Of a stretch of DNA of 64,000 bases, positions 19,932 through 30,491 are shown in pieces. This DNA comes from an uncultured Methanosarcinaceae archaeon (GTDB taxonomy: Archaea > Halobacteriota > Methanosarcinia > Methanosarcinales > Methanosarcinaceae). The position numbers and the translations under genes were made by a program. The stretch lies in contig CAVSHT010000005.1 of the NCBI GenBank assembly GCA_963727895.1, forward strand, positions 432,601-496,600, in the 5' to 3' direction. The notes under the pieces were generated by a model, which was not told where the DNA came from, did no database searches, and saw only the letters and a list, made by a program, of their open reading frames with translations. Position 1 is the first letter of the stretch. Each line of letters begins with the position of its first letter.

Positions 19932-21458
19932 CGCACATGCTTTTCTTCGAATAACAAGCACAACTAATGAAAGTACTCTCCGCCCTTTTTTTGACTATTA
20001 AGCCCTCATTACCTTGGGCAGTAAGGTTGTCTCGATTTTGGTTTTTCAAAACCGTCCTAAAACTAATCAGTGAATTGCCATCGAAGGCTCAAGTGTGACT
20101 TTGATCACGGATGCTAAATTGGCCTTTTAGGCAATTCCACTGCCCAAATAAATTTGGTGATCTAATTTGATTGAAGTAATAACAAAGCTTGTGGTTTAGA
20201 CATTCACAAACTCTTTTTCATTGCTACAATTTTCAGTAGATCTGGTGAAAAACAACAGCAACGTTTCAACAGAGATGATGAAGGAATTTTAGCCCTTAAA
20301 AATTGGGTAATATCAGAAAAATGTGATGTTGTTGCATGTGAATCAACCAGCGACTTTTGGGTTCCGATTCATGATTCATTGGTAAAGCATCTAACTGTGA
20401 TAGTTGGAAATGCGCGAGATATGAAGGTATTTACCCATACAAAAACATATAAGATTGACTCAGAAGTCATTGCACAACTTGCACTTAATAATATGATTCA
20501 GCCATCAAGAGTTTTTCCAAAGGATCATATAGATTTTAGATCATATGTTCGACTTCGGTTAACACTTGTACAAAAAAGAACAGATTTAAAAAATAAAGCT
20601 CACTCAATTCTTGCATCTGAAATTCAATTCTTGCATCTGAAATGCTACACCTGAATAATGTGCTGACAGACGTTTTTGGCAAGAATGGCAGAATGATCTT
20701 ATTAGGAATCTCTTCAGGTAAGAGTGTTGGTCAGATTATTGCAAGCCTCTCTCCAAATGTTCGGAAAAAAGCTGCTCAGATAAGAGAAATTCTTGATCGA
20801 GAAATTTCTCAAAGTGCTGCATTCAGACTTCAGATCTGTCTGAAACTCATAAAAAGTCTTGATGATGAACTCGAAGCTTTAGAAACAGAAATTTTCAATT
20901 ATGCTTCTCGAAATCATAAGCGAGAAATGGAGATTTTAATGTCAGTTCCAGGTATAGGGGAACTTGGTGCGGCAATTTTACTTGCTGAAATAGGCAACTT
21001 TAAGGATTTTTCTTCTGGAAATAAGCTTGCTTCTTGGCTTGGTCTAGTTCCTAATGTGTATCAATCTGCAGATAAATACTATAACGGCAGAATCACAAAG
21101 AGGGGATCAAAAGTAGCAAGGTGGATTCTGACACAGATTGCTCAAGCAGCAGCAAGAAAGAAGAATAGCAGGTTAAAAGAGTTTTTTAACAGAAAAAAGA
21201 AGTCGATTGGACATGCAAAAGCAATTATTGTCTTAGCAAGGAAAATTGCAACGATACTATGGCATCTTATTACAAACGATGAGATGGACGAAGATGAAAC
21301 CGGATATCAAAAGGGAGAAATCCAAAAGAGAAAGATTATTGAGACTGAGATTTTTTCGGTTGATGAACGGATTAAAATAATTAGTGAAATATTTGCGATT
21401 ATGGGGAAAAAGGATCAAGAGAGCACGTGAGGATAATCTCCTCATGTACTTTCATGCT
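19932..21458 (+). mobile_element. IS110-family element copy 1 (transposase about 20167-21430, frameshifted)
   Basis: GLDIHK, CESTS, KT(Y)KIDS DEDD RuvC-like motifs; SVPGIG, WLGLVPNVYQS, ITKRGS C-terminal motifs; junctions defined against intact IS1. Confidence 0.93.
20014..20147 (+). ncRNA. Putative bridge RNA of IS110 copy 1
   Basis: Closing stem TTGGGCAGT/ACTGCCCAA; two internal-loop arms containing target-matching CCTAAAA and donor-matching ATGCTAAA. Confidence 0.65.
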
Positions 21459-21792
21459 AAAATCTTCCTATTGAGCGAAAGCCCAATCCTTCAAGATAGA
21501 GTTGTAAAGCCTGTCTTTTTACAGAAGCGGAAAAAGCAGTTGATTTTAGCTCTACTGTATAGTTATAGCCACAATCATGACATTTGTAGCGTTGACGCCC
21601 GCCAACTATACCGTTCTTTTTGTGACTGGAACTATTACATCTGGGGCAGTTCATGAAGAAATATAGGTTCTCAGAATAAATAACTATGTTTAAGTATCAA
21701 TGCCATAATTTCAAAATAGATATATCTTATATTCGTGCAATAACTACAGGTAGAATAATCTGTAGATAAAATTAGCGACGGGTGAACCTGGA

Positions 21793-22404
21793 ATGGAGTC
21801 AACAAAAAAAGATGAAACTTTAAAAGCGCTGGTCATTATAGATATGACTAACGATTTCGTGTATGAGACATACGAACATGAAGGTACGTTATATGAAGGA
21901 AAACTTGTAGCTCCTATGGGAAAGGAAATAGTCGACAAAATAGCCAGGTTAATAATTAAAGTAATACGTGAAGGAACTGTCAGCATTATCAGGCTTCCGA
22001 AGGATCATCTCAATGCCTTTATGAATCCCGAACTTGAACTGAAAGTTGCAGAACTGGGAATCAATGAAGTATTTATAACAGGCTTGGTTGAGGAAGTTTG
22101 CATATACATTAATAGTCTGAGTTTCCTTGAAAGAGGTTTTCGAACAAATATTGTGAAAGGTTGTACAGCACCTTTTGATGAAGAAAAAGGGAGAGAGGCT
22201 TTCAGGGAACTTACAAAATGCGGAGCAAAAATGGTTGAAGATATTCCTGAAGACATAAAGGTTATCCTGCTCCTCGAAGATCAACACGATGAAAATTCCG
22301 AAGAAATAAAGTCCGGAGACTGGCCACCCCATAATATGAAAGGAACCCCTGGAGCCATGACCGTAAAGATAATCCGGGATGTGCTTGAGGGAAGGAATAG
22401 TTAA
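21793..22404 (+). CDS. Isochorismatase/nicotinamidase-family cysteine hydrolase, rearranged motif order
   Basis: IIDMTNDF (D17), K70, GLVEEVC (C103); DQH..WPPH..GTPGA at the C-terminus. Confidence 0.85.
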   Translation: MESTKKDETLKALVIIDMTNDFVYETYEHEGTLYEGKLVAPMGKEIVDKIARLIIKVIREGTVSIIRLPKDHLNAFMNPELELKVAELGINEVFITGLVEEVCIYINSLSFLERGFRTNIVKGCTAPFDEEKGREAFRELTKCGAKMVEDIPEDIKVILLLEDQHDENSEEIKSGDWPPHNMKGTPGAMTVKIIRDVLEGRNS

Positions 22405-22865
22405 AATATATCAATTTTCTACAGGGAAAAATTTCTAGCTTTCTATAACCTATTTAGATATATTAAGGGAGCCACATTTGATTATTCTCTATTCAATAAA
22501 TAGCATAAGAATCAGTTCTAATTTGAACTTTTAGTGTCTTTATTTTCAAGAATGTTTTTTGATTCCGTTTTTGTGATTTCATATTTAAACTGAATGACTA
22601 AGCTACCTACATTACTTTCAGGTGGAGTTATTGTTGGGGTAAAGATTGCCATATTTACAAATACTCCCAGAGTTATTAAGAGAAAATCATAACAACAATA
22701 ATAAAGGCAATTTTTATAGTTCCTTTATTCATAACTACCACTGATAATAAATTATGATGTATCAAGTTATGATGTCAGCTTCTCAATATGTGGTAATCTT
22801 CTTTATGCATTACAAAACTGGAAGTTTACGCATTTATTTCTGAAATCTCATACTTCTGGATCTTC

Positions 22866-24362
22866 TTAGTGGTTTTGCCTATTATTTTCATCTTCAAGGT
22901 TTTCAAAATCCTCAAAGTCCTCATTTTTGTTTTGTTTTTTAAAGGTTTTATTTTTCAGACTAAGTGCCACTATAAAAACTGCAAGTAAAAGAACTATAGG
23001 GAATCTAAAGAAATGAAGCAATTCAGGAAGCTTTATTGAATTTTCTGTAGAATTTGATTCATCTGAAGTATGATTGATTTCACTTTTTGTATTGCCAGCC
23101 ACATTGCTTGAAGAGTTTGGAACAATCTCAACTATATTTTCAGCACTTCCAGTTGTTACCAAACCTCCTTTTAGCGGCAGGTCAGTTTTTGCTTCTTTAT
23201 CGAGATATAAGTTTTTGAGTCCTTCACTTGAAAGAAAACGTGCATCTCCAAAAAGCCGTGCAAAAACTGTAGAATTCCGCTCAAAAAGATATGCTGCTCC
23301 ATCTTTACTTCCCGCAGCAAGGATCGAACTATCGCTGGAAATTGCTATGCTGTTAATGTTTCCCCTACTACTATAGTTCCAGAACTCCTTTCCTTCCATA
23401 TCAAGGACGTAAAGACTGTCATCCCAGCTTCCAGCTGCAATAAACGATTCATCTGGAGAAATTGCAACACAATAGACATCATCTTTTGTCTGGTAATCCC
23501 AGAGTTTAGTGCCTGTATTGTTAAACAGATAGACTTTATCGTCAAAACTTCCGGCTGCAAGATATGATCCATTGCTTGTTAGCGAAACACTGCTGATCCA
23601 GTAAGCAGGATTGTGAATCCACGAAAATTCTCCTTTCTTAGTGAGGAGATAAACATTATAATTAGATCCTCCGGCAGCTACATAAGTGGCTTGCGGAGTC
23701 ATACAGACGCTATTGATTACACTGCCCGTCCTTTTTTCCCATAGTTTATTTCCTCTGATGTCAAAGAGATAAATACATTGATTGGAACTGCCAGCTGTAA
23801 TATAAGATCCATCTTTAGACATGGCTATGCTTCGGATGGAATCTTTTGAATCAAAACTCCATAAAAGCTTTCCTTCTCTATTGAAAAAGTAGATCTTACC
23901 GTCTTCGCTGCCTGCTGCTACATATGAACCATCAGAAGAGATTTTAACACCATTCAGACTGCCTCCTGTTTCATAACTCCATAGCAGGTTTCCTTTTCTG
24001 TCAAAGCAGTATACTTTCTTATCATTGCTCCCTGCGGCTATAAGTGTTCCATCAGGAGAAATCGATACACTGTAGACAACGTCTCCTGTAGTGTAATTCC
24101 AGAGTTTCGTCCCCTCTAAATTAAAAAGAGAAACATTATGATCAAAGTCTCCAATTGCAAGATAGTTTCCCCCTGAAGAAAGAGAAACCGTATTGATTAT
24201 ACATCCGGTTTCACATTTGCAAAGCAGGTCAAAAGCCCCGGATTCCGAATTGTTTGTATCCTCATGATTCAGAATTACGGGGTCTGCAGTTCCTAAATAT
24301 GCAAACAGACCGAAGAGCAAAACCAGTGCTAGAAATACCCATATTCGCGCTGACTGTCCCAT
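22866..24362 (-). CDS. WD40/PQQ-like beta-propeller, secreted and membrane-anchored
   Basis: About 8 repeats of SVSISxDGxYIAAGSxDxKVYLFxxxGxxLW; signal peptide and C-terminal TM. Confidence 0.9.
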   Translation of the reverse strand: MGQSARIWVFLALVLLFGLFAYLGTADPVILNHEDTNNSESGAFDLLCKCETGCIINTVSLSSGGNYLAIGDFDHNVSLFNLEGTKLWNYTTGDVVYSVSISPDGTLIAAGSNDKKVYCFDRKGNLLWSYETGGSLNGVKISSDGSYVAAGSEDGKIYFFNREGKLLWSFDSKDSIRSIAMSKDGSYITAGSSNQCIYLFDIRGNKLWEKRTGSVINSVCMTPQATYVAAGGSNYNVYLLTKKGEFSWIHNPAYWISSVSLTSNGSYLAAGSFDDKVYLFNNTGTKLWDYQTKDDVYCVAISPDESFIAAGSWDDSLYVLDMEGKEFWNYSSRGNINSIAISSDSSILAAGSKDGAAYLFERNSTVFARLFGDARFLSSEGLKNLYLDKEAKTDLPLKGGLVTTGSAENIVEIVPNSSSNVAGNTKSEINHTSDESNSTENSIKLPELLHFFRFPIVLLLAVFIVALSLKNKTFKKQNKNEDFEDFENLEDENNRQNH

Positions 24363-24580
24363 AATAAATACAATTTAGGACTTCATTGCAAATGAATTTT
24401 TTGTAGAAGTTTCCTTTTGGGTAAATAATAAGGCAGCTCTGTCAATAGGAAAAAAGAGTAATGACCTTAAATTCATGATAAAGTTAAAAAATTCCTAAAT
24501 AAATTATAATTTACTCCTTTTTGTAGGAACAAAATATAAGGAGAAAATTATTGTTAACTATGAAATCTATTAAATTTAGT

Positions 24581-25318
24581 GGCATTGGTAAACAAAAATA
24601 GATATATATGCTTATAACATATATTTCTTCATGAACTGCCCCAGATGTAATAGTTCCAGTCACAAAAATAATGGTATAGTTGGCGGGCGTCAACGCTACA
24701 AATGTCATGATTGTGGCTATAACTATACAGTAGAGCTAAAATCAACTGCTTTTTCCGCTTCTGTAAAAAGACAGGCTTTACAACTCTATCTTGAAGGATT
24801 AGGCTTTCGTTCAATAGGAAGATTTTTAGGGGTGAGTCATGTTTCTGTCCAAAGATGGATAAAGAAATTTGGTCAGGAGTTAGAGGCTCTAAAAAGTGAA
24901 AATGAAATATCTATTGTTGAAATGGATGAAATGCACACTTACATCGGTAACAAAAAAAATATTGCTGGATCTGGATTGCTGTTGATAGAGTTGGGAAAAA
25001 GTTCATCAACTGTTCTTTTGGTAGTAGAGGAACGGAAACTGGAAAACTACTCTGGGAAAAATTGAAGAAAAAAGACATTGGAGAAGTGATGACAGATCAC
25101 TGGAGGGCATATGCAGAGTTTCTTCCAGAAACTATTCATACTCAATCAAAAGCAGAAACATTTACAGTTGAGGGATATAACAGCATATTGAGGCACTTTC
25201 TAGCAAGATTGAGAAGAAAGACAAAGTGTTATAAAAAAGTCTTGAAATGCTAAAGTACTCGGTTATTCTATTGATAAATACAGAAATAAAAAACTAGATA
25301 TATTTAAGTAACAATGCC
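24581..25318 (+). mobile_element. IS1-family element, frameshift near the insB end
   Basis: GGCATTG...CAATGCC ends; A8 slippery site between insA and insB. Confidence 0.92.
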
Positions 25319-25320
25319 AC

Positions 25321-26112
25321 TTATAAATTTGATTTTATGATAATATGCTCTTTAGGATATGCTATCTTGCTCCGCTTGCAGATAAAAGACTCCGTCATGT
25401 CAATTACCATTTGCTGTGCCAGTACTGCAGGGATGCCCATAATCAGCAGGTCTGAAGGTAACCAAGCATTTCCGGTTGGGTCAACAGGTCCAACATATGC
25501 TGAACCTTTAGGAGCATTTTCTGCCATGCCTGCAGGGAAAGCAAGCATTGTAGCACAGATAGGTCCGCCAGGCATCACTGTCTTAAAGAAAATGTCAGAA
25601 CTGTTAAACTGTGCTAGACCGCATAAGTTCCTTATTTGTTCACTGCCGGCGAACAAGATAATCGATCTGATAATTTCCAGAGAAATATCTATAGTACAGG
25701 GTCCGATAACAATGAACTTTCCAAGAGGAGTGATTTTTCCTGCACTTTTTCGGCTCTCTTCGAATAACTCAGGTGAAGCCTTTAAATGTTCGGCAGCACC
25801 ACCATGGAAGTCAGGTGTACCCACAGTCACAAAGTACTTCAGCTTTGGATGAGGTTCCCCCAATCCAGTCCAGGCAATCCCGCCGCCGCAACACTTATCG
25901 TGAGCAGCCTCTATATAAAGTAGAGGAGTATTCTCAAAAAGGGCAGAAGTATAGACTGCCTTTGCTATACAGCGGTCTACTTTGTATGATGGAACTGCTC
26001 CTTTCGGAATTTCATCCGCACCGTAGACACACAAAGAACGTAGTTTCAACCTGCCAGCTTCTATGAGCTTATTTCCAAGTTCCTTAACGTTCAGTAAATC
26101 TGTTGATGCTAT
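25321..26112 (-). CDS. DUF169-like protein
   Basis: CGGG motif and conserved Cys pattern; frame open up to an ATA at 26112 preceded by a GGTGA SD. Confidence 0.65.
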   Translation of the reverse strand: MASTDLLNVKELGNKLIEAGRLKLRSLCVYGADEIPKGAVPSYKVDRCIAKAVYTSALFENTPLLYIEAAHDKCCGGGIAWTGLGEPHPKLKYFVTVGTPDFHGGAAEHLKASPELFEESRKSAGKITPLGKFIVIGPCTIDISLEIIRSIILFAGSEQIRNLCGLAQFNSSDIFFKTVMPGGPICATMLAFPAGMAENAPKGSAYVGPVDPTGNAWLPSDLLIMGIPAVLAQQMVIDMTESFICKRSKIAYPKEHIIIKSNL

Positions 26113-26132
26113 ATAATCACCTTCAAGAAAAG

Positions 26133-26804
26133 TTATTTTTGAATCCAGTCCTTTTCCATCCAGTAATCGCAGTTATGTGCCCAATGATCTTTATTGGCAA
26201 GGATGACATGCTTGAATCGTTCTTTCCAGGCTTTATGAGCAGCTTCCTGGTCAGGGTATTGCCTTTTCTCTTCTATCGCTTTAACAAGGTCTTTTCCCAT
26301 TTTCCGAGATTTTTCAATGGCTGCTTCCAATGCTGAAGGACCCTGTGACATTGCACAGCCAACTCCTCCAATGGTGTTGCCTCCGCAGGATTTTGTGTAG
26401 TTGTTCATAATATCAAGGACAAAATCAACTTCACCGCTGCCTGCTGTGGTCAACGAAAAACCGTATTTTCCTTCAAAGAGCTGTTCATGAACCATAAGTG
26501 GACTTCTATCGAACAGTGTTTTGAGCTGTGCTGTAACATTTGTTATATAATTAGGGCTGCTCAAGATGATTCCATCTACAGCTAGCATTTTGTCCATTAC
26601 GATATTGAAATTATCTTTTATTGAGCATACACCTTTCTCATGGCAAGAATCACATGCAGTGCAATATTTGATCTTCAACTTTGCAATGTCAATAGATTCA
26701 ACTTCTGCTCCTGCTTCTGCAGCTCCTTCTAAAGCTGCATCCATCAATTTTAAAGTATTACTCTTTTTGCCTCGCGGGCTTGACAGTACACCAACTATTT
26801 TCAT
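26133..26804 (-). CDS. Iron-sulfur flavoprotein (Isf/flavodoxin family)
   Basis: SSPRGKKSNT FMN loop, CTACDSCHEKGVC cluster motif, SPNY, KTLFDR. Confidence 0.9.
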   Translation of the reverse strand: MKIVGVLSSPRGKKSNTLKLMDAALEGAAEAGAEVESIDIAKLKIKYCTACDSCHEKGVCSIKDNFNIVMDKMLAVDGIILSSPNYITNVTAQLKTLFDRSPLMVHEQLFEGKYGFSLTTAGSGEVDFVLDIMNNYTKSCGGNTIGGVGCAMSQGPSALEAAIEKSRKMGKDLVKAIEEKRQYPDQEAAHKAWKERFKHVILANKDHWAHNCDYWMEKDWIQK

Positions 26805-27067
26805 GATTACCCTCAATTTCTCTTTAAACAATATTACTGCATTCAAAAAAATTAATTCGGACTTACACACTTGAAGTAATAATCAAGTATAATTATCTTT
26901 ATATCAAGTTCACTAAATAGTTGAAAGTTTAAACTATCAACTATTTTTAGTAACTGCGGAAGTTCTCTATATTAAATCTTCATAAATAATATTTAGAATT
27001 TGCTTAAAATTGAAAGTACACAGTTGAATTGAAAAACCTCCTGGTTTTGAAAGCGATGTTTAGAGGC

Positions 27068-27820
27068 TTATGCCTCCATTTTTGAAAAAAACATTGTTCC
27101 TACCAAACAGATGATAATTGACAATGAACCCATTACCACCAAATCGCTGGAGACGCTGAAAGTGCTTATACCTGCGATTGCTCCTCTCAGACCATCAACC
27201 CCATAAGTAAGCGGATCGATCCTGCTTATAAAATAAATTGCAGGAGGCAAGTTTTTTAGAGGAAATAAAGCTCCTGAAAGGAAAAATGTAGGCATAATTA
27301 GAAAGTTCAATATCATCTGAAACCCTTGCATATCTTTCATTTGTGAAGCCATAGTGAGACCAATTCCTGTAAAGAAAATGGCTATCAAAAACATAAAAAT
27401 TAACCCAATAACAAGGCTACTTATACTGGAAATTCTGAATCCAAGAATATACGTTAGGCTAAGTACAATCAAACCCTGAATTATAGCTATAGTTGCACCT
27501 CCAAACGTTTTTCCAATCATGATCTCTGTTCTTGAAATAGGAGCTACCAGAGTTTCCTTGAGAAAACCGAATTGCCTGTCCCATATTACCTCCAGACCAG
27601 AAAAGACAGCTGTAAATAGAATTCCCATTGTGACAATTCCTGGGGCAAGAAAATCAATGTAATTTGCTCCTCCACTGACCTGAGAATACATAGGACCGAA
27701 GCCAAATCCAAAAGCGATCAAAAAAAGCATTGGTTGCCCTAGAGTACCTATAAGTCTGGCCTTGGAACGCCAATAATGTTTGAGCTGCCTCAGAGAGAGA
27801 GCGTAGATAACCTCGATCAT
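27068..27820 (-). CDS. ABC-2 type exporter permease
   Basis: FLAPGI, DRQFGFLKETLVAP, FLSGALFP, PLTYGVDGLR. Confidence 0.92.
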   Translation of the reverse strand: MIEVIYALSLRQLKHYWRSKARLIGTLGQPMLFLIAFGFGFGPMYSQVSGGANYIDFLAPGIVTMGILFTAVFSGLEVIWDRQFGFLKETLVAPISRTEIMIGKTFGGATIAIIQGLIVLSLTYILGFRISSISSLVIGLIFMFLIAIFFTGIGLTMASQMKDMQGFQMILNFLIMPTFFLSGALFPLKNLPPAIYFISRIDPLTYGVDGLRGAIAGISTFSVSSDLVVMGSLSIIICLVGTMFFSKMEA

Positions 27821-28611
27821 TATTTAATCCTCCCCATACCTCGCATCATTATTTGTTTACTTGTCCCATTATCATCACGAATGTTTTTGCCTGTTAGTTT
27901 GAGAAAAGCTTCTTCTAAGGATTCGGTTTTTGTCTGGCTCTTAATCTCTTCAACTGTTCCCAATTTTATAATTTTTCCGTGATCAATAACGGCTATCTGG
28001 TCCGCAATTGCTTCAGCTTCTTCCATGTAATGTGTTGTCAGAAAAATTGTCATATTTCTTTCTTCGTTCAGCTTTTTTATATGGTCCCATATAGAATTTC
28101 GAGTCTGAGGATCAAGGCCTACTGTAGGTTCATCAAGGAAAAGAATCTTCGGATAGTGGACAAGCGCACGCGCAATCTCAAGCCTGCGTTTCATGCCACC
28201 TGAAAAATTCTTAACATAATCTTCACGCCGGTCCCAGAGCCCGACAATTTCCAGAGCTTTCTGAATTCTGTCTTCTCTTTCTTTTTTAGGTACTTTGTAG
28301 ACAACTGCATGATAGACGATATTTTCGTAAGCTGTAAGCTCGTCATCAAGACTGGAATCCTGAAAGACTATCCCAAAAGATGCACGTGCCTTGTCCTTTT
28401 CTGTAAGAACATTGAAGCCATTGATAATTATGTCTCCAGATGTTGGTTTTAGGACAGTTGTGAGCATTTTGATGGTCGTGGATTTGCCTGCCCCGTTTGG
28501 ACCTAAAAAAGCGAAGATTGAACCTGCTTCTACATTAAAACTAATGTTTTTTACGGCTGTAAAATCATCAAATTTTTTTATAAGGGATTGGACTGAAAGT
28601 ATGTTTTGCAT
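27820..28611 (-). CDS. ABC exporter ATP-binding protein (DrrA-like)
   Basis: GPNGAGKST, FSGGMKRR, LDEPTVGLD, TTHYMEEA. Confidence 0.93.
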   Translation of the reverse strand: MQNILSVQSLIKKFDDFTAVKNISFNVEAGSIFAFLGPNGAGKSTTIKMLTTVLKPTSGDIIINGFNVLTEKDKARASFGIVFQDSSLDDELTAYENIVYHAVVYKVPKKEREDRIQKALEIVGLWDRREDYVKNFSGGMKRRLEIARALVHYPKILFLDEPTVGLDPQTRNSIWDHIKKLNEERNMTIFLTTHYMEEAEAIADQIAVIDHGKIIKLGTVEEIKSQTKTESLEEAFLKLTGKNIRDDNGTSKQIMMRGMGRIK

Positions 28612-28816
28612 ATTTGATCCCTGAATTTTTTTGTCAAAATAAAAAACAAATTTTGGAAATTATCTAAAAAGTCTCTTGACTTAAGGTGTTTGATTCTTTT
28701 AGGACTTACATCAGTAGGATTGAAACAGAGCTTTTAAACATCAACTGCATAAGACGGATAGGAAGAAAGTTTCTACATAACCCAATCTTCATTTATAAAT
28801 GTGAATGCGTTCTTGT

Positions 28817-29272
28817 TTAGAGATTAGCTGCATTCAAAGCAATCTTTCGAATTATCTCAATAACAGATTGTAGTTCATCTGATTCAAAATCCTTGAGCAG
28901 AAGTGAGTTCAGCTCGGAGCCTATTTTTCGCATTTCAGGCTTCATTTTTTTACCTTTTTCAGTCAGGTAGAGCCTTTTGATTCTTTTGTCTTCCGGGTCT
29001 GTTATACGGTAGACAATGCCTTCTTTTTCCATTTTCAGTATCGATTTTGCAATCATCGTTTTATCAAATCCTCTCGATTGTGCAAGGCTGTCCTGGCTCC
29101 GACCTTCCTGACGATATAACGACATTAAGATAGAGAAATGGCCCCATCCTATATTGTATGAAGCCAGTTCATTCGCAAAATGCTTCTGGACAGAGCGATA
29201 TGTAAATGAGATAAGTGCAACAACTTTGTCAATATCTTCAATTCATTGGATAGGTGTTTCTTCTTCATTCAT
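28817..29272 (-). pseudogene. MarR-family regulator with an early in-frame TGA (29243-29245)
   Basis: DPEDKRIKRLYLTEKG motif; frame extends upstream to ATG 29272 through one TGA. Confidence 0.7.
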
Positions 29273-29320
29273 TATTTTCACTCATAGAAATTCAGCATAA
29301 TTTATGCCATTTGAGAATTA

Positions 29321-29378
29321 GTTGACTAGTCTATTATTTATACTATACGGCTCATATCAAATTTGTTGATTAGTCAAC
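29321..29378. promoter_or_regulatory. Putative MarR operator palindromes
   Basis: GTTGATTAGTCAAC (29365-29378) and GTTGACTAGTCTAT (29321-29334); same GTTGA-N4-TCAAC as 4903-4916. Confidence 0.55.
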
Positions 29379-29707
29379 AATAATGAAGGGAACTTTATGG
29401 AAAGAATTGTCTTGAAAAACCAGTTTTGTTGTTAGCGCACCTACTGATATTATATTTGAGAAGAAATTAATAAAGTTCGTCAACGAAGAAACCAAATATC
29501 TCTACCAAGATGAATCACGTTTCCAGCATGAAAAATAGATTTATCAGATAACAAAATTTAATAAAGAATACCTCACTTATAATTAGAGTGGTATTCTAAG
29601 GGAGATTTATACGATAGAGTTAGAGGGATGCTTGTTCGTACATCGATTATCTTAACAAGGATAGGAAAGCTGATCTGACTCTTTTTATTAGGTACAGAAA
29701 GAAAAAG

Positions 29708-30446
29708 GGCATTGATACTTAAACATAGTTATATATTATTAGAAAGTATATTTCTTCATGAACTGCCCAAAATGCAATAGTTCCAGTCACAAAAAGAATG
29801 GTATAGTTGGCGGGCGTCAACGGTACAAATGCTCTGATTGTGGCTATAACTATACAGTAGAGCTAAAATCAACTGCTTTTTCCGCTTCTGTAAAAAGACA
29901 GGCTTTACAACTCTATCTTGAAGGATTGGGCTTTCGTTCAATAGGAAGAGTTTTAGGGGTAAGTCATGTTTCTGTCCAAAGATGGATAAAGAAATTTGGT
30001 CAGGAGTTAGAGAACCTAAAAAGTGAAAGTGAGATATCTATTGTTGAAATGGATAAAATGCACACTTACATCGGTAACAAAAAAATATTGCTGGATCTGG
30101 ATTGCTGTTGATAGAGTTGGGAAAAAGTTCATCAACTGCTCTTTTGGTAGCAGAGAAATAGAAACTAGAAAACTACTCTGGGAAAAAGTGAAGAAAAAAG
30201 AGATTGGAGAAGTGATGACAGATCACTGGAGGGCATATGCAGAGTTTCTTCCTGAAACGATTCATACTCAATCAAAAGCAGAAACGTATACTGTTGAAGG
30301 ATATAACAGCATATTGAGGCACTTTCTAGCAAGATTGAGAAGAAAGACAAAGTGTGATACAAAAAGTCTTGAAATACTAAAGTACTCGGTTATTCTATTG
30401 ATGGAATAAAGAAATAAAGAACTAGATATATTTAAGTAACAATGCC
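29708..30446 (+). mobile_element. IS1-family element with 8-bp TSD, defective
   Basis: GGCATTG...CAATGCC; TSD AGAAAAAG on both sides; A7 slippery run, premature stop. Confidence 0.93.
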
Positions 30447-30491
30447 AGAAAAAGATCCAGCTCAGAAACGGATAACTCTTTAGGGGTATAT

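Larger units (their letters stand above)
19436..21704 (-). mobile_element. IS1-family element interrupted by IS110
   Basis: IS1 ends GGTATTG (19436) and CAATGCC (21704); insA split after FRSIGRF. Confidence 0.92.

Noticed and set aside
19690..20049. 119-aa ORF fusing novel sequence to InsA
   Set aside because: Chimeric read-through from the IS110 non-coding end into the interrupted IS1; not a gene.
22595..22640. TTCAGGTGGAGT motif reminiscent of an IS200/IS605 end
   Set aside because: Too short and degenerate; no tnpA/tnpB nearby.
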